IMG/VR virus record: IMGVR_UViG_3300044712_000815
Coordinates: 95,265 to 159,264 of that record
Reading direction: 5' to 3' (one strand)
DNA: 64,000 nucleotides
From: a virus
Positions 36,664 through 46,155 of this stretch are shown here, one piece after another. Both the position numbers and the translations under genes were made by a program. The notes beneath the pieces were generated by a model. The model searched no databases and had not been told where the DNA came from. It saw nothing but the letters and a program-made list of their open reading frames with translations. Each line of letters opens with the position of its first letter. Position 1 is the first letter of the stretch.

Positions 36664-37920
36664 TCATTCATTTAATTTTAAATAATATTCTATAACACTA
36701 CTCGGATTTGGACCCAACCAATCATTATTAACAATTTTAATATTTATTTTTTCATTCCAATACATTAATATATTTGAATTATTATCCATTTTTGCATTTT
36801 TATCAAATATACTATTTTCAATAAAACTAATTTTAGGATAACCAACAAGACAATCATTTTCAATATTAAATATCCATCTGTGATGTATATTTCCTCTATA
36901 TTGTGTAGATTCGTGTTTAGATAATTCATAAAATTTTGATGGGACTACTATTACACCAGATTTAGATATTTTTTCAATTTTATGACAAACAAATAATGGT
37001 GATGATATATCTTCTAATGTATGAGTACAAATCGAAAAATCAAATTTGCCATTAACACTGACATATGATTCAACTTCATCCCAAACATTAGAATCACATA
37101 TATTTCCAGTAAAACATAATTTATTTTTCACATCTAAAATATCAACAACAGCATCTATATATTTTGAACTCCAATTATATGGTGGTTCAGCAGAACCCCC
37201 AATATCAATTATTGTTTTTTTATCATTCTTTAATAATTTTAAAACATTTATAATTTCAGGTTTATATTCTGGTGCATATGATATTTGATTTAAAATTTTA
37301 TTTATTTTTCTTTTGAATAGAATATCTATTTGTGATAAAGTTTTATTTAAATAGTGCAATTCTATTACATCAATCATCATATAATTATTAGATATCATAA
37401 AATTTAAAACATCATTAATTAATGGTGCATCAATATTATAATTAATAAGTGATGCTTCTATAATAATATATTGAGATTTACTTATCAAATTTAACCCCCC
37501 CTTTAAAATATCAATCTCAGAACCTTGTGTATCTATTTTTATCAAATCAAATTGTTGATCTTCAAACAAATTATCTAATGTATTTGATGTTAATTTTATA
37601 ACATCTAAATTTTCATCAGAAAAATATAACGTATCTTCTCGATATATTGAACAACCAGTTGAATTAATATCAGTTTTATTTAAATAAAAATCATATACAC
37701 TTATTTTATCTGACAATAAAGATATAATATAGTCATACCCTGTATTTTTTAAAAATTGTTCATTGTGGGGATTAGCTTCAACCATAAACACATCAACTTC
37801 AGACCATATTTCTTTTATCATTTTGGAATAATTGCCTATATTTGCACCAATATCTAAAAATCTTTTTGGTGTAAAATTTTCATTTTTTAATATATTTAGT
37901 CTATCTATTAAATTTATCAT
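36664..37920 (-). CDS. FkbM-family methyltransferase fused to a second methyltransferase-like domain
   Basis: LDIGANIG, VEAN, KIDTQGSEIDILKGG; second domain IDIGG...CTHTLEDI. Confidence 0.8.
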   Translation of the reverse strand: MINLIDRLNILKNENFTPKRFLDIGANIGNYSKMIKEIWSEVDVFMVEANPHNEQFLKNTGYDYIISLLSDKISVYDFYLNKTDINSTGCSIYREDTLYFSDENLDVIKLTSNTLDNLFEDQQFDLIKIDTQGSEIDILKGGLNLISKSQYIIIEASLINYNIDAPLINDVLNFMISNNYMMIDVIELHYLNKTLSQIDILFKRKINKILNQISYAPEYKPEIINVLKLLKNDKKTIIDIGGSAEPPYNWSSKYIDAVVDILDVKNKLCFTGNICDSNVWDEVESYVSVNGKFDFSICTHTLEDISSPLFVCHKIEKISKSGVIVVPSKFYELSKHESTQYRGNIHHRWIFNIENDCLVGYPKISFIENSIFDKNAKMDNNSNILMYWNEKINIKIVNNDWLGPNPSSVIEYYLKLNE

Positions 37921-37921
37921 A

Positions 37922-38710
37922 TTATAATATTTTTATTAACCAACTCCAACCAAAAATATTTATTTTATAGTTAGGAAAATTTTCTTTAACAGCTTTAATT
38001 AAATCATGTCGATTTTCAACATAATCATGTCCTCCAATATAACCACCATGCTTGACCTTATTTTTCCATTTGACAATATCCAATGTAACACCATCATATG
38101 AATGATCACCATCAATATAAACAAAATCTATACTATTATCAGAAATTATATTGGAAAATTTTTCTGATGATAATTTTATTTTAATAATATTATTGTAATT
38201 TTTTGTTATTATATCAAAATTATTTTCAACATCTTTCGGATTATTTGTATTTATAATAACTTCCGATTCATCATAATTGTTTACCCAAATATCAACAGCA
38301 AATATTAAAGAATTTTTAAAATTATTTGAAAAAATTGTTGTTGATTCACCTTGATATGACCCTATTTCAACGATATTTTCTATATTATAATTATCATTTT
38401 TTATGAAATCACATAAATCATTTAATTCAGATTTACCTAATCGCATAAAAGTCCCAGTATAAACTAATGGTACTGTCGAATAAAATATATTTCCATTTGT
38501 TTCTTTAAGTGTAACTATTATTTTTGATACATCTGTAATTTTCGTATATGGTGAATACCATAATATAGAATCTGTCACCAATTCAATATTATTTTTATAC
38601 ACAATTTCATTATGATATTCAATTATTATTTCACCAATAAATTGTTCTTCATATATGTTGTTAACATATATGCGATTATTAAATATATCTACAGATATTA
38701 ATACTTTCAT
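37922..38710 (-). CDS. Class I SAM methyltransferase (Methyltransf_24-like)
   Basis: VEIGSYQGEST, VDIW, YIDGDHSY, GGYIGGHDY. Confidence 0.85.
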   Translation of the reverse strand: MKVLISVDIFNNRIYVNNIYEEQFIGEIIIEYHNEIVYKNNIELVTDSILWYSPYTKITDVSKIIVTLKETNGNIFYSTVPLVYTGTFMRLGKSELNDLCDFIKNDNYNIENIVEIGSYQGESTTIFSNNFKNSLIFAVDIWVNNYDESEVIINTNNPKDVENNFDIITKNYNNIIKIKLSSEKFSNIISDNSIDFVYIDGDHSYDGVTLDIVKWKNKVKHGGYIGGHDYVENRHDLIKAVKENFPNYKINIFGWSWLIKIL

Positions 38711-40578
38711 TCTATTTTTATTATTTTGTTGAAAATAATATTATTAAAATTATCTTCTATTTGAATTATATATAAACCATTCACTAAGATACAATTACTA
38801 ATATAAAATAACCAATATCCATATATATTTTGATTATTAAGTTCATATAATATATCACCATTTATATTTTTTATATTAAAATGAACTGGAATTTGTATTT
38901 TTTTATCTGAAAATAAACTATATTTTTTAATCAATAATGTTTTATTTTCATAACTTATTGATAATCTTTTATGTTCTATAACCGTTGGTAGATAATCAAC
39001 ATTCGTTTTTTGAATCGTTTTAATGTTTTTAAAACCATGAAAAACTAATATTTCATTAGTATTATGGGGTAATATCGCAAATTTTGATAGCTGTGTCGAA
39101 TTATATGAATAATTTTTGAATTTATTTATATCAATTACCGAAGATTCTTCCATATCTATTACGGGTAAAGAATTTCTAAAATCATATTTAGATAATAATA
39201 TATTTGCTGAATCTTCATCTGTACATCTAAATATTCCAATCCTACTATTTTTATATTGATCGTATAATTTCATTTGTTCATCGAAAAACCATTTACAATC
39301 ACAATTAAAAAGCATAACATTTGTTTTTCTTCTAGGAAAAATTATTATAGGAATTTCTGTTGCTTCTGATAATACATCTAATGGACTTATCCATTCTTTT
39401 GTTGGTAATATATCATTTATATATATTCTATCGTGAATATGTGAATTGATTAATGGATAGTTTTCAATATTTTCAAAATATTTTACAATATTATCAGCCG
39501 TGACAGTTAAATAAATATCACTATCAACATAAACAAATTTATCATTTGGTTTAAATGTAATAACATCAGATAAAACTAATGGTTTAGAAACAAGTATGTT
39601 GGCATATCCAGAACAATGTAAACCATTTTCATATTTTTCACCTGTGGGTATATCAAGTCTCCTAAATATAAATTGTTCATTTTTTTGATATATAATATCA
39701 GGATTATAATTAATAGTATATACTATACATTTTCGATTTGAAAAATTATAAATTGATTCCAATAATGCATATTTAGCAACATCTTCGTAATTTTCAGTGA
39801 AATATGTTACCCAAAAAAAATCTTCAATTAAATCTTTTCTATGAAATGTAATAATCGAATTCCCAATATTATAAAAATTAATATTTTTTTTATCTATAAA
39901 ATGATGTATCAATTTTTCATTACCATTAATAAATAATTTCCCGCCAGACCATAATGAATCATAAACTGGATATCCCTTATCCATTAAAAAATTGCAAACA
40001 TCATATAATATTTTAATCCTTAATTTTTCATCAGTTACAATTGTATTAAATTCTGTTTCATCAAACGAATCAACATCATAATTATATAATTTATATACAA
40101 AATCGGAAAATTTTATTTTATACAATTTATTATTTTTTTCACAGTTTTTGATTATTGTTAATGGTCCAGATATTCTATCATGAACATTTTTAACACCAAA
40201 TGAAACTATATCATATTCATTTAATATTGGTAATACAAATGAATTGAAATCACCTAAAAGGGTATCTATATCATAATATCCCCAATAATCATAATCTTTG
40301 ATTTCTTCATAAAATATGTCACCCAAACCACATTTAAGTTGGCAAATGTTTCTATTATTCGAATAAATATAATCAATGTCTAGTTTACATTTTATCCGAT
40401 CTTTTAAATTTTGTAAATCTATTTTAATTATTTTATAATTAGAAGAATATAATTCTATATTTTGGTCAGTTATAAATAAAAAATTAACATTCTTATTAGA
40501 TATTGCGGTTTCGTAATGATATTTAAAGTAATCAGGTATTTTACCAAACCAAAGGCATATTAATATTATTTTATTCAT
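38707..40578 (-). CDS. Two-domain glycosyltransferase-like protein (DUF6625-like + GT-A); true start MNKIILICLWFG
   Basis: WFGKIPDYF, YDYWGYYDID, SFDE; second domain YVDSD; the ORF-track N-extension is antisense to 40643-41911. Confidence 0.7.
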   Translation of the reverse strand: MNKIILICLWFGKIPDYFKYHYETAISNKNVNFLFITDQNIELYSSNYKIIKIDLQNLKDRIKCKLDIDYIYSNNRNICQLKCGLGDIFYEEIKDYDYWGYYDIDTLLGDFNSFVLPILNEYDIVSFGVKNVHDRISGPLTIIKNCEKNNKLYKIKFSDFVYKLYNYDVDSFDETEFNTIVTDEKLRIKILYDVCNFLMDKGYPVYDSLWSGGKLFINGNEKLIHHFIDKKNINFYNIGNSIITFHRKDLIEDFFWVTYFTENYEDVAKYALLESIYNFSNRKCIVYTINYNPDIIYQKNEQFIFRRLDIPTGEKYENGLHCSGYANILVSKPLVLSDVITFKPNDKFVYVDSDIYLTVTADNIVKYFENIENYPLINSHIHDRIYINDILPTKEWISPLDVLSEATEIPIIIFPRRKTNVMLFNCDCKWFFDEQMKLYDQYKNSRIGIFRCTDEDSANILLSKYDFRNSLPVIDMEESSVIDINKFKNYSYNSTQLSKFAILPHNTNEILVFHGFKNIKTIQKTNVDYLPTVIEHKRLSISYENKTLLIKKYSLFSDKKIQIPVHFNIKNINGDILYELNNQNIYGYWLFYISNCILVNGLYIIQIEDNFNNIIFNKIIKIE

Positions 40579-40642
40579 TCTTAATATATACAAAAAAATG
40601 AATTTTGTTTTTTTATATATATGTAAAAAATTAAATATTTTT

Positions 40643-41911
40643 ATGTTACCAAGGGAATCATCTGCGAAACAATTAAAAAAATTAAGAGAACTTACAAAAG
40701 GTACTGATATTGGTGATTTAACTAGTAAAACAGGTGAATTTGGTAATATACCTAATTTAACATATATTGGTAATCCTATTGATAGACACGTTGATACATA
40801 TGAAGAATTTGCAGAAAAGGATAGTAAATTACAAACTATTGCATTTAAATCTAAATTAGTTAATAAACCAATACATGAAAAAAATAAATATAAAAAAATG
40901 AGTGATAAAGTAAATAATTTGTTGAATTTTGAAGATTTTGAAAAAAATTGGAAAGCAGAAATAGCATCAAAAACAAAAAGAACTGATGTTGCTAAAGATA
41001 TTATCAAAGAAAAAGATAATAAAACTCTAAGCTTTGATGACTTCATCAAAGAAAATGTTGAAGAAATTGATGAATTATCAAGTGATGATAATTTAGAACC
41101 TGGAATTGAACCAATATTAGATGCAGATGTTGATGCAGATGTTGATGCAGATGTTGATGCAGATGTTGATGCAGATGTTGATGCAGATGTTGATGCAGTT
41201 AAAGTTAATGTTAATAGAAGCAATATTAAAACTTTCGATGAATTTGATGATCTTGAAGATAGAATAGATGATCTTGAAGATAGAATTAATAATCTTGAAG
41301 ATGATAATGACATTGAAGAAGTTCAAGATGATGATGATGACATTGAAGAAGTTCAAGATGATGATGACATTGAAGAAGTTCAAGATGATGATGATGACAT
41401 TGAAGAAGTTCAAGATGATGATGATGACATTGAAGAAGTTCAAGATGATGATGATGACATTGAAGAAGTTCAAGATGATGATGACGACATTGAAGAAGTT
41501 CAAGATGATGATGATGACATTGAAGAAGTTCAAGATAAATTTGAATCTATTAAATCATTTGAATCTTTCAATTTAAGAGAAGTATCACCAAAAAAAAAAG
41601 AAAAAGAACAACCTAAATACACGATGTTAGGTGAAGAAAAAGAACCAAAATCTAATCCTAATTTTGGTTATGCTTCTGTAAAAGATCAAGAAATTAAAAA
41701 AATCGCATGGTTTAACAATTACGTTATTGATCCACCAACACCTAAAGAAAGACCAATTTTAAATGCTGGTCAATTTATAGAAAATGATGTTGTTAAAGGA
41801 TATGTTAATAGAATCGAAGGAAAAAATGTTTATGTTGAATCTTTAGATGAACCAATGACAATAAAAAAATTCAGCATAAAAGATGCTGTTAAACTAAAAA
41901 ATGAAAAATAA
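40643..41911 (+). CDS. Highly acidic repeat protein, putative prohead core/scaffold
   Basis: DADV and DDDDIEEVQ tandem repeats; multiple internal xFxxF..E motifs. Confidence 0.6.
   Translation: MLPRESSAKQLKKLRELTKGTDIGDLTSKTGEFGNIPNLTYIGNPIDRHVDTYEEFAEKDSKLQTIAFKSKLVNKPIHEKNKYKKMSDKVNNLLNFEDFEKNWKAEIASKTKRTDVAKDIIKEKDNKTLSFDDFIKENVEEIDELSSDDNLEPGIEPILDADVDADVDADVDADVDADVDADVDAVKVNVNRSNIKTFDEFDDLEDRIDDLEDRINNLEDDNDIEEVQDDDDDIEEVQDDDDIEEVQDDDDDIEEVQDDDDDIEEVQDDDDDIEEVQDDDDDIEEVQDDDDDIEEVQDKFESIKSFESFNLREVSPKKKEKEQPKYTMLGEEKEPKSNPNFGYASVKDQEIKKIAWFNNYVIDPPTPKERPILNAGQFIENDVVKGYVNRIEGKNVYVESLDEPMTIKKFSIKDAVKLKNEK
41119..41200 (+). repeat. 12-bp coding tandem repeat (GATGCAGATGTT; DADV)
   Basis: About 6.5 copies. 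Confidence 0.9.
41300..41537 (+). repeat. 24-27-bp coding tandem repeat (DDD(D)IEEVQ)
   Basis: About 9 copies of GACATTGAAGAAGTTCAAGATGAT. Confidence 0.9.
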
Positions 41912-41920
41912 AAATATTTA

Positions 41921-41947
41921 AAAAAAGCTTCAACTGAAGCTTTTTTC
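41921..41947 (+). terminator. Intrinsic terminator
   Basis: AAAAAAGCTTCA-AC-TGAAGCTTTTTT, nearly identical to 22725-22753. Confidence 0.75.
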
Positions 41948-41991
41948 ATTTTTGACCCAATCCAACTTTATATATAATTAAAAAATATTAT

Positions 41992-42249
41992 ATGAAAAGA
42001 TCAGTAATCGTAAGTAAAGCTTCCATCGAAAATGAATTTAAACGTATAAAAGATAAATTCTATAAAAAAAACATTACAAATAATGTGGATCAAGCATTTA
42101 TATTAAAAAAATATTTTAATATAGAAAATATGTATGTGGATGATATCAGAGATGAAAATCGTAGTGGTAAAACTATTTATATTACATATTGTGATGGACA
42201 CGAAGAACAAGTTAGCGTTAGTCAGATAATTAAAAATAAAATATCATAA
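41992..42249 (+). CDS. Hypothetical protein
   Basis: After a TATATATA box. Confidence 0.55.
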   Translation: MKRSVIVSKASIENEFKRIKDKFYKKNITNNVDQAFILKKYFNIENMYVDDIRDENRSGKTIYITYCDGHEEQVSVSQIIKNKIS

Positions 42250-42276
42250 AAAAAAGAGGATTTAATTCTCTTTTTT
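42248..42276. terminator. Bidirectional terminator
   Basis: AAAAAAGAGGA-TTTAA-TTCTCTTTTTT. Confidence 0.65.
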
Positions 42277-42277
42277 C

Positions 42278-42350
42278 AAAATACCGTTGTGACATCGAAT
42301 CACGACAAATTTTCATTTGTTTTTACCCGTTTTATTGCTGTAAGTATTTT
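42278..42350 (-). ncRNA. tRNA-like structured element (possible Phe-GAA relic)
   Basis: 7-bp closing stem AAAATAC/GTATTTT, ACAAAT-GAAA-ATTTGT hairpin, T-arm-like GTGA-TTCGATG-TCAC. Confidence 0.4.
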
Positions 42351-42351
42351 T

Positions 42352-42421
42352 TGAGCAAGTTGTCTGTTTTGATCAGAATCTTTTTACTGGAAGTAAAACA
42401 CATTACTTATGCTACAACTGC
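42352..42421 (-). tRNA. Degenerate tRNA-Gly(TCC)-like gene
   Basis: Acceptor GCAGTTG/CAACT(T)GC, D-arm GCAT/ATGT, anticodon arm TTTTA-CTTCCAG-TAAAA, aberrant T-arm TCTG-ATCAAAA-CAGA, no CCA. Confidence 0.55.
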
Positions 42422-42445
42422 ATTTTAATATTATATATTAATAAA

Positions 42446-44071
42446 TTAAAATAGTTTAATAAATTTTAAATTTCCAGAATTATAAATTCTATATATTTTT
42501 CGTTCTAGCATAATTTCACGTTCAGTTTTATTTGAATCGAATCCTTGTTTAACTAATTTGTCTTTTCTATAATTAAATCTATGATGTCTAATGCCATCTA
42601 CTACATAATAATAATTTGGTTCTGTTTTGCCAAAAAAATTAAACCCCAATGTTTCATAAAGTTTACCTCGACTAATTGATCTATCAGCATATGTAGTAAT
42701 TTCTTTTGGCTTATAATTTTTTATGAAATATTTGAATAATTTACTAGCACCACCAACAACATTCACATTTAATTTATTACAAAAACGAAGTAATTCATAT
42801 TCACCTTCATTTGTAGACTTTTTACCCATAGCAACCCTACGATTACCGAATGTCATTAAGCTAACTAATTCATTATCGAAAAATAATCCAATTTTTATGT
42901 TCGAACCGACATATCCACTAATGTGATTTGTTTCTAAAAAATTTTTAATATCTATAATATTGATATCGGTTTTTATTTCACATTTTCTAGCAAATATTTT
43001 ATTTTGTGTTTTACCAAGTTTATTTAATATTATAGATTTAATAATATCTTGTTTATAAATCCAATCATCTTCATAAATATGTATCAATTGAATTCCTAGT
43101 TTTTCACAAATATTAGTCTTATTTAGATGATAATTTTTATCTTTGTTTATTTCATTGTGCCACCACATCCCATTAAATTCAAATGCTAAGTTTAATTCAG
43201 GAAGATATATATCTAATTCATTTGGATTTAATATTTTTCTATTATTTGATATGATATCACCATAATAATTTTCTTTAATATAATTTAATAATTGTGTTTC
43301 TAATCCACTTACATTTTTAGAAATTGGATTACATTCTGTGCATAATATTGTGTTTAAATTATTTCTGTGCCACAATAATTTATAATCTATTATAAATGTG
43401 TGATTTTTGTTACAATCACAATTAAATTCATATTTACCATTTATGTTATATGATTTAAAAATATGATTATATTTTTTTATTAATTCTGATTTATATAATC
43501 CATTATCAAATGTATTTTTATAACTTAAAAATTGATTTTCTTTCATTTTAAGTGATATATCATAATTTTGACTAACGTATTCTACACCATATCGTTCTAA
43601 ATTTGTTTTTTTTGTTTTTTCAGGATTTATATAATTTTCATCACCATATTTTTCTAATTTAGTTTTTTTTGATTTATTAAAAATATAATTTGATTGTTGT
43701 GGATATTCTACCCCAAAATTAACCAAACACGTTTTTATTTTTTTATCTTTAATGATTTGCATATTTGAAATATTATCAACACCATATTTATCTAAAATAG
43801 TATCTTTATTTTTTTGTTCTGCACATTTTCTACTACAAGCATAATAAATTGTTGAATTTTTTGTATTAATGTTGTAATTGTTTAATGATATATCCTTTTC
43901 TTTTTCGCAAATATCACATTTAGCTTTTATTTTAACACCACTATTATTAGGCAAATCAAAAACATCAATAGAAACAACTTCATTCCCACCTTTAACATCA
44001 TATCCTAATTCTTTATAATATTTAATTTGATTATTGGATATTTTAACATTAACACACTTAGATAAAATCAT
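42446..44071 (-). CDS. Free-standing endonuclease (Hef-like: Zn motifs, KYG repeats, PD-(D/E)XK/Vsr-like domain, C-terminal GNAT-like domain)
   Basis: ELDIYLPELNLAFEFNGMWWH, IHIYEDDW, ELLRFC, GGASKL, YADRS...YETLGF. Confidence 0.8.
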   Translation of the reverse strand: MILSKCVNVKISNNQIKYYKELGYDVKGGNEVVSIDVFDLPNNSGVKIKAKCDICEKEKDISLNNYNINTKNSTIYYACSRKCAEQKNKDTILDKYGVDNISNMQIIKDKKIKTCLVNFGVEYPQQSNYIFNKSKKTKLEKYGDENYINPEKTKKTNLERYGVEYVSQNYDISLKMKENQFLSYKNTFDNGLYKSELIKKYNHIFKSYNINGKYEFNCDCNKNHTFIIDYKLLWHRNNLNTILCTECNPISKNVSGLETQLLNYIKENYYGDIISNNRKILNPNELDIYLPELNLAFEFNGMWWHNEINKDKNYHLNKTNICEKLGIQLIHIYEDDWIYKQDIIKSIILNKLGKTQNKIFARKCEIKTDINIIDIKNFLETNHISGYVGSNIKIGLFFDNELVSLMTFGNRRVAMGKKSTNEGEYELLRFCNKLNVNVVGGASKLFKYFIKNYKPKEITTYADRSISRGKLYETLGFNFFGKTEPNYYYVVDGIRHHRFNYRKDKLVKQGFDSNKTEREIMLERKIYRIYNSGNLKFIKLF

Positions 44072-44086
44072 AACAGCTTTTTCATT

Positions 44087-44119
44087 TATATATTAAACAA
44101 AAAAAGTGGTTTTTTGCCA
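44087..44119 (-). promoter_or_regulatory. TGGCAAAAAACCA + N12 + AATATATA putative promoter of the endonuclease
   Basis: Part of an AAGTGG/CCACTT inverted repeat; matches 3940-3972. Confidence 0.6.
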
Positions 44120-44120
44120 C

Positions 44121-45602
44121 TTATAATGTTTCTTCCAATTTTTTCAGTTCTTCTTTTAATTTTTCAAGTTCTTCGTGTTTTTCCATCATAACTTTTTTCC
44201 ACTTTTTTCTGTCTGAATAAATTTCACCCATTACTTGTGTTACAACACCATCTTCTTTCTTAAATACTGATCCATTTATAGTTATAATGTCATCTGGATC
44301 AATTGGCAATTGATGACCATTAAAAATTGAATAATCTTTACCTTTTACTTGTTGTCCTTTATATGAATCCGCACTTATATTAAATTGCCTCATTGTTGTT
44401 GGATAAAGGCTTGCAAAGTCAAAACAACAAGTCCAAGTCGCCATCCCCCGAACTGGTTCTTTTACCCAACCACCTTTAATTGAACTACCACCATTGTCAC
44501 CATATTCATCTTGTTCTTCTCTGACAAGGACAATGTTTTTTTGATCTCTTAATTTTTCACGTAAAATACCTTCAGTTAATGCTAATGTTGACATCGCATC
44601 TTTAATTTTAATTTTTCCTAAAACTGCCATACCATACAAAATATCTATATATTTCATTTTATAATGTATTTGCTGCACAAGGCAACTGTCAACTGCATTA
44701 TAAAATACAAACTTTTTATAATCTTCTCTGTGTAATCTTTTTAAATCACCTTCATAATTAACCTTTTTTACTTCAGCACCAAGTAATTTTTCAGATGCAA
44801 AATCTAATGATATACTTTCTTTAACTTTAATAGATTGATCCCATTTATCAAATAATTCCATATAATCAACAATAACCCGATGTGCAGGAATTTCAGCATA
44901 ATTTAATTTACCATGAACATTTTTACCATTCCAAGGTTGATTCATTTTTCTAGTAAATGATGCAACTGATGGATCAATTCCCAACTTTCTTGCCCTCGCA
45001 ACTAAAAATACCCAGTCATATTCAACAAAAAACCAACCAGTTATAATTGGCATTTTAGGTACTATTTTATTAAAAAAATTATTCAACATATCAAATTCAT
45101 TTTTATATTGAATATATTTAAATTGATAATTTGTTTCAAACTTTTTAAAGTGATTGTTAATATCTTTTTCAATAGATTGAACTTGTTCTGAATCTAACGG
45201 TTCAGTACCTATAACCAAAACTTTATTTTTATTTACTATCGAAATTGATTGAATCGCACTTTCTGCTAAATGTGGTTCTGCTTTCTTATCTAAAATTTCA
45301 TTTTCGATATCCACAAAAAATATATCAGGTTCAGCATAACCATAAATTTCTTCTTTTTCATCTTCGGGTAAATTATCTATAAAATCAAAAATTGAATATT
45401 TGTTTGGATACTTAGAATATATTTCTTTAACCGAACTTCCATCCCATGTTACATATTGCCCCGATTTTTCAGGATCATCATCACCAGTTTTAATAAATTT
45501 CGTTGGTCTTGACCAATTTTTATATTTCAATTTAATTTGACCATTTTTATCTATGTAACTAATGATCAGATTATTGCTTCTGAATTCTGTATCTACTAAC
45601 AA
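44121..45602 (-). CDS. Family B DNA polymerase, N-terminal part only (exonuclease + motif A); TTG start
   Basis: ExoI VDIE, ExoII YDW, ExoIII YNAVD, motif A FDFASLYP; ends in the fingers helix without motifs B/C. Confidence 0.88.
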   Translation of the reverse strand: MLVDTEFRSNNLIISYIDKNGQIKLKYKNWSRPTKFIKTGDDDPEKSGQYVTWDGSSVKEIYSKYPNKYSIFDFIDNLPEDEKEEIYGYAEPDIFFVDIENEILDKKAEPHLAESAIQSISIVNKNKVLVIGTEPLDSEQVQSIEKDINNHFKKFETNYQFKYIQYKNEFDMLNNFFNKIVPKMPIITGWFFVEYDWVFLVARARKLGIDPSVASFTRKMNQPWNGKNVHGKLNYAEIPAHRVIVDYMELFDKWDQSIKVKESISLDFASEKLLGAEVKKVNYEGDLKRLHREDYKKFVFYNAVDSCLVQQIHYKMKYIDILYGMAVLGKIKIKDAMSTLALTEGILREKLRDQKNIVLVREEQDEYGDNGGSSIKGGWVKEPVRGMATWTCCFDFASLYPTTMRQFNISADSYKGQQVKGKDYSIFNGHQLPIDPDDIITINGSVFKKEDGVVTQVMGEIYSDRKKWKKVMMEKHEELEKLKEELKKLEETL

Positions 45603-45771
45603 GTTATTTTTATTATTTTTTTAATGCAATATTTATAGTCTTTTAACATTTTTGACTTTTTTTATTTTATATACATATAAAAAATAAAAGTTTATGAAAT
45701 TAAATTAAAAAAAAATTTTAGAAAAATAAGACCATTCGGAGTTTATATATAACATAAAATAAAAAGTATTA

Positions 45772-46155
45772 ATGAGCGAAGAAAAAAATGTTCAATTTAT
45801 AGGCAAAGTTGCTAAAATGCCAAAAAATATAAAAGCCAAAAGTGCATATAATTTTTTAGAAAACATTAAAGTAAATAAAAAGAAACTATGGTATATTCTT
45901 ATTGAAAAAGATGAAAATGAATTACAGTGCATTAAATACAACAATAAAATGGGTGTTGATTTAACTGAATTCGTTAAACAATTAAAAGAATATTATAAAA
46001 AAGATGAAACCATTAAAGAATATATTAATAAACTCGTAATTGAAGGGAATGATAAATTTTCTATAATAAAAGGTATATCTAATGTCGATATTAAACCTGG
46101 AAAAAAAATGATCACCTTTCTAACTGAAAATTTAATAAAATTACTATGTGATTGA
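45772..46155 (+). CDS. Hypothetical protein, probable paralog of 26344-26784
   Basis: Shared NEL..KYN..V.L.EFV..L..YY. Confidence 0.65.
   Translation: MSEEKNVQFIGKVAKMPKNIKAKSAYNFLENIKVNKKKLWYILIEKDENELQCIKYNNKMGVDLTEFVKQLKEYYKKDETIKEYINKLVIEGNDKFSIIKGISNVDIKPGKKMITFLTENLIKLLCD

Noticed and set aside
40579-41313. Ser-rich N-terminal extension of the 868-aa minus-strand ORF
   Set aside because: It is the antisense shadow of the acidic repeat gene; the GT-like sequence starts at 40578
41117-41576. Poly-Ile and poly-Met ORFs, or a CRISPR-like array
   Set aside because: These are alternative frames of coding tandem repeats, with no unique spacers and no cas genes
42360-42380. Hammerhead ribozyme (CTGATCA...GAAA)
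   Set aside because: The core does not match CUGANGA, and the tRNA-like fold explains the stems better
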